DNA of 64,000 bases from a bacterium (GTDB lineage Bacteria > UBA8248 > JACPRG01 > G963555815), in contig CAUVWX020000001.1 in NCBI GenBank assembly GCA_963555815.3, positions 96,001-160,000 of the forward strand, given 5' to 3'. The notes beneath the pieces are model-generated. The model was not told where the DNA came from, did no database searches, and worked only from the letters and a program-made list of their open reading frames with translations. Within the stretch, counting starts at the first letter, position 1. Every line of letters begins with the position of its first letter. Position numbers and translations under genes: made by a program. Below are positions 63,496 through 64,000 of the stretch, piece after piece.

Positions 63496-64000
63496 TTACG
63501 ATTTCTTCGAGCCCTTGGGCGGGTAGTACGCTCGCGTCTCCCGGAAAACAAGGAGGCTCAGGCCCAGCAGACCCACCAGGCTCGGGATCGCCATGGCCCC
63601 GTTGGCGGTGTCCGCCAGGGCCCAGATGAACTGGATCCCCGCTAAGTTGGCCGAGAAGAGGGCGCCGATGACGATCATCACGCACCACACCCACCGGAAG
63701 GGAAGGGAGGCACGAATACCGAAGACGTAGTCGGTACACATCAGACCGTAATAGGACCAGGCGAGGAGTGTGCTGTAGCCGAAGGTAACGGAACCAAAGG
63801 CCACAATCCAGCCGCCCAGGGGGCCCAAAACGGTCCCGAAGCCCTCGGCCGTCAGGGCGGTGCTTGTGAGACCGGTCGTCCACACGCCCGTGAGGACGAT
63901 GGCCAGCGTGGTAACGGTGTTCACCACGAGGGTATCGATGAAGACCCCCAGCATGGCGATGGTGCCCTGCCGCGCCGGGTCGCGGGTCTTGGCCGCTCCG
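63496..64000 (-). CDS. alanine/glycine:cation symporter (5'-partial)
   Basis: GVFIDTLVV, FGYSTLLAWSYYG and DTANGAMAIP motifs. Confidence 0.9.
   Translation of the reverse strand, partial: GAAKTRDPARQGTIAMLGVFIDTLVVNTVTTLAIVLTGVWTTGLTSTALTAEGFGTVLGPLGGWIVAFGSVTFGYSTLLAWSYYGLMCTDYVFGIRASLPFRWVWCVMIVIGALFSANLAGIQFIWALADTANGAMAIPSLVGLLGLSLLVFRETRAYYPPKGSKKS

Noticed and set aside
1..64000. Genome-wide stop-codon reassignment
   Set aside because: Intact genes end normally in TAG (cmk, sixA, aapJ, glnA) and TGA (aroA, aroC, aapP).

Overview
This is a GC-rich (~60%) bacterial chromosomal window with three parts. (1) 1-24.6 kb is mostly core. A minus-strand supraoperon runs pheA-hisC-tyrA-cmk-rpsA-sppA-ihfB-macrodomain-miaA-aroK-aroC-aroA. 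At the window start is an ogt-like gene whose catalytic Cys codon is TGA. A 961-bp direct duplication surrounds a truncated-hemoglobin/oxidoreductase module. Further on are an ArsM-like methyltransferase, ppiA, and a Tat molybdoenzyme paired with a pentaheme cytochrome. (2) ~24.6-59.1 kb is a tandem stack of integrative elements at a tRNA-Leu(CAA) gene. It holds an orphan 5' tRNA half, an intact tyrosine integrase directly upstream of the restored tRNA, several 3' tRNA halves, three copies of a conserved element end, recurrent sixA/PolB/DUF72 remnants, and single-gene cargoes (Kef antiporter, FNR-like reductase, GH130+GT4, lysozyme-like protein, outer-membrane beta-barrel paralogs, TonB receptor, aapJQMP, glnA). 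(3) 59.2-64 kb holds a MerA/Lpd-like gene with an in-frame TAG, then nnrE, an SDR, an aldose epimerase and an Ala/Gly:cation symporter. All calls come from reading the sequence and recognising motifs; no database searches were run.
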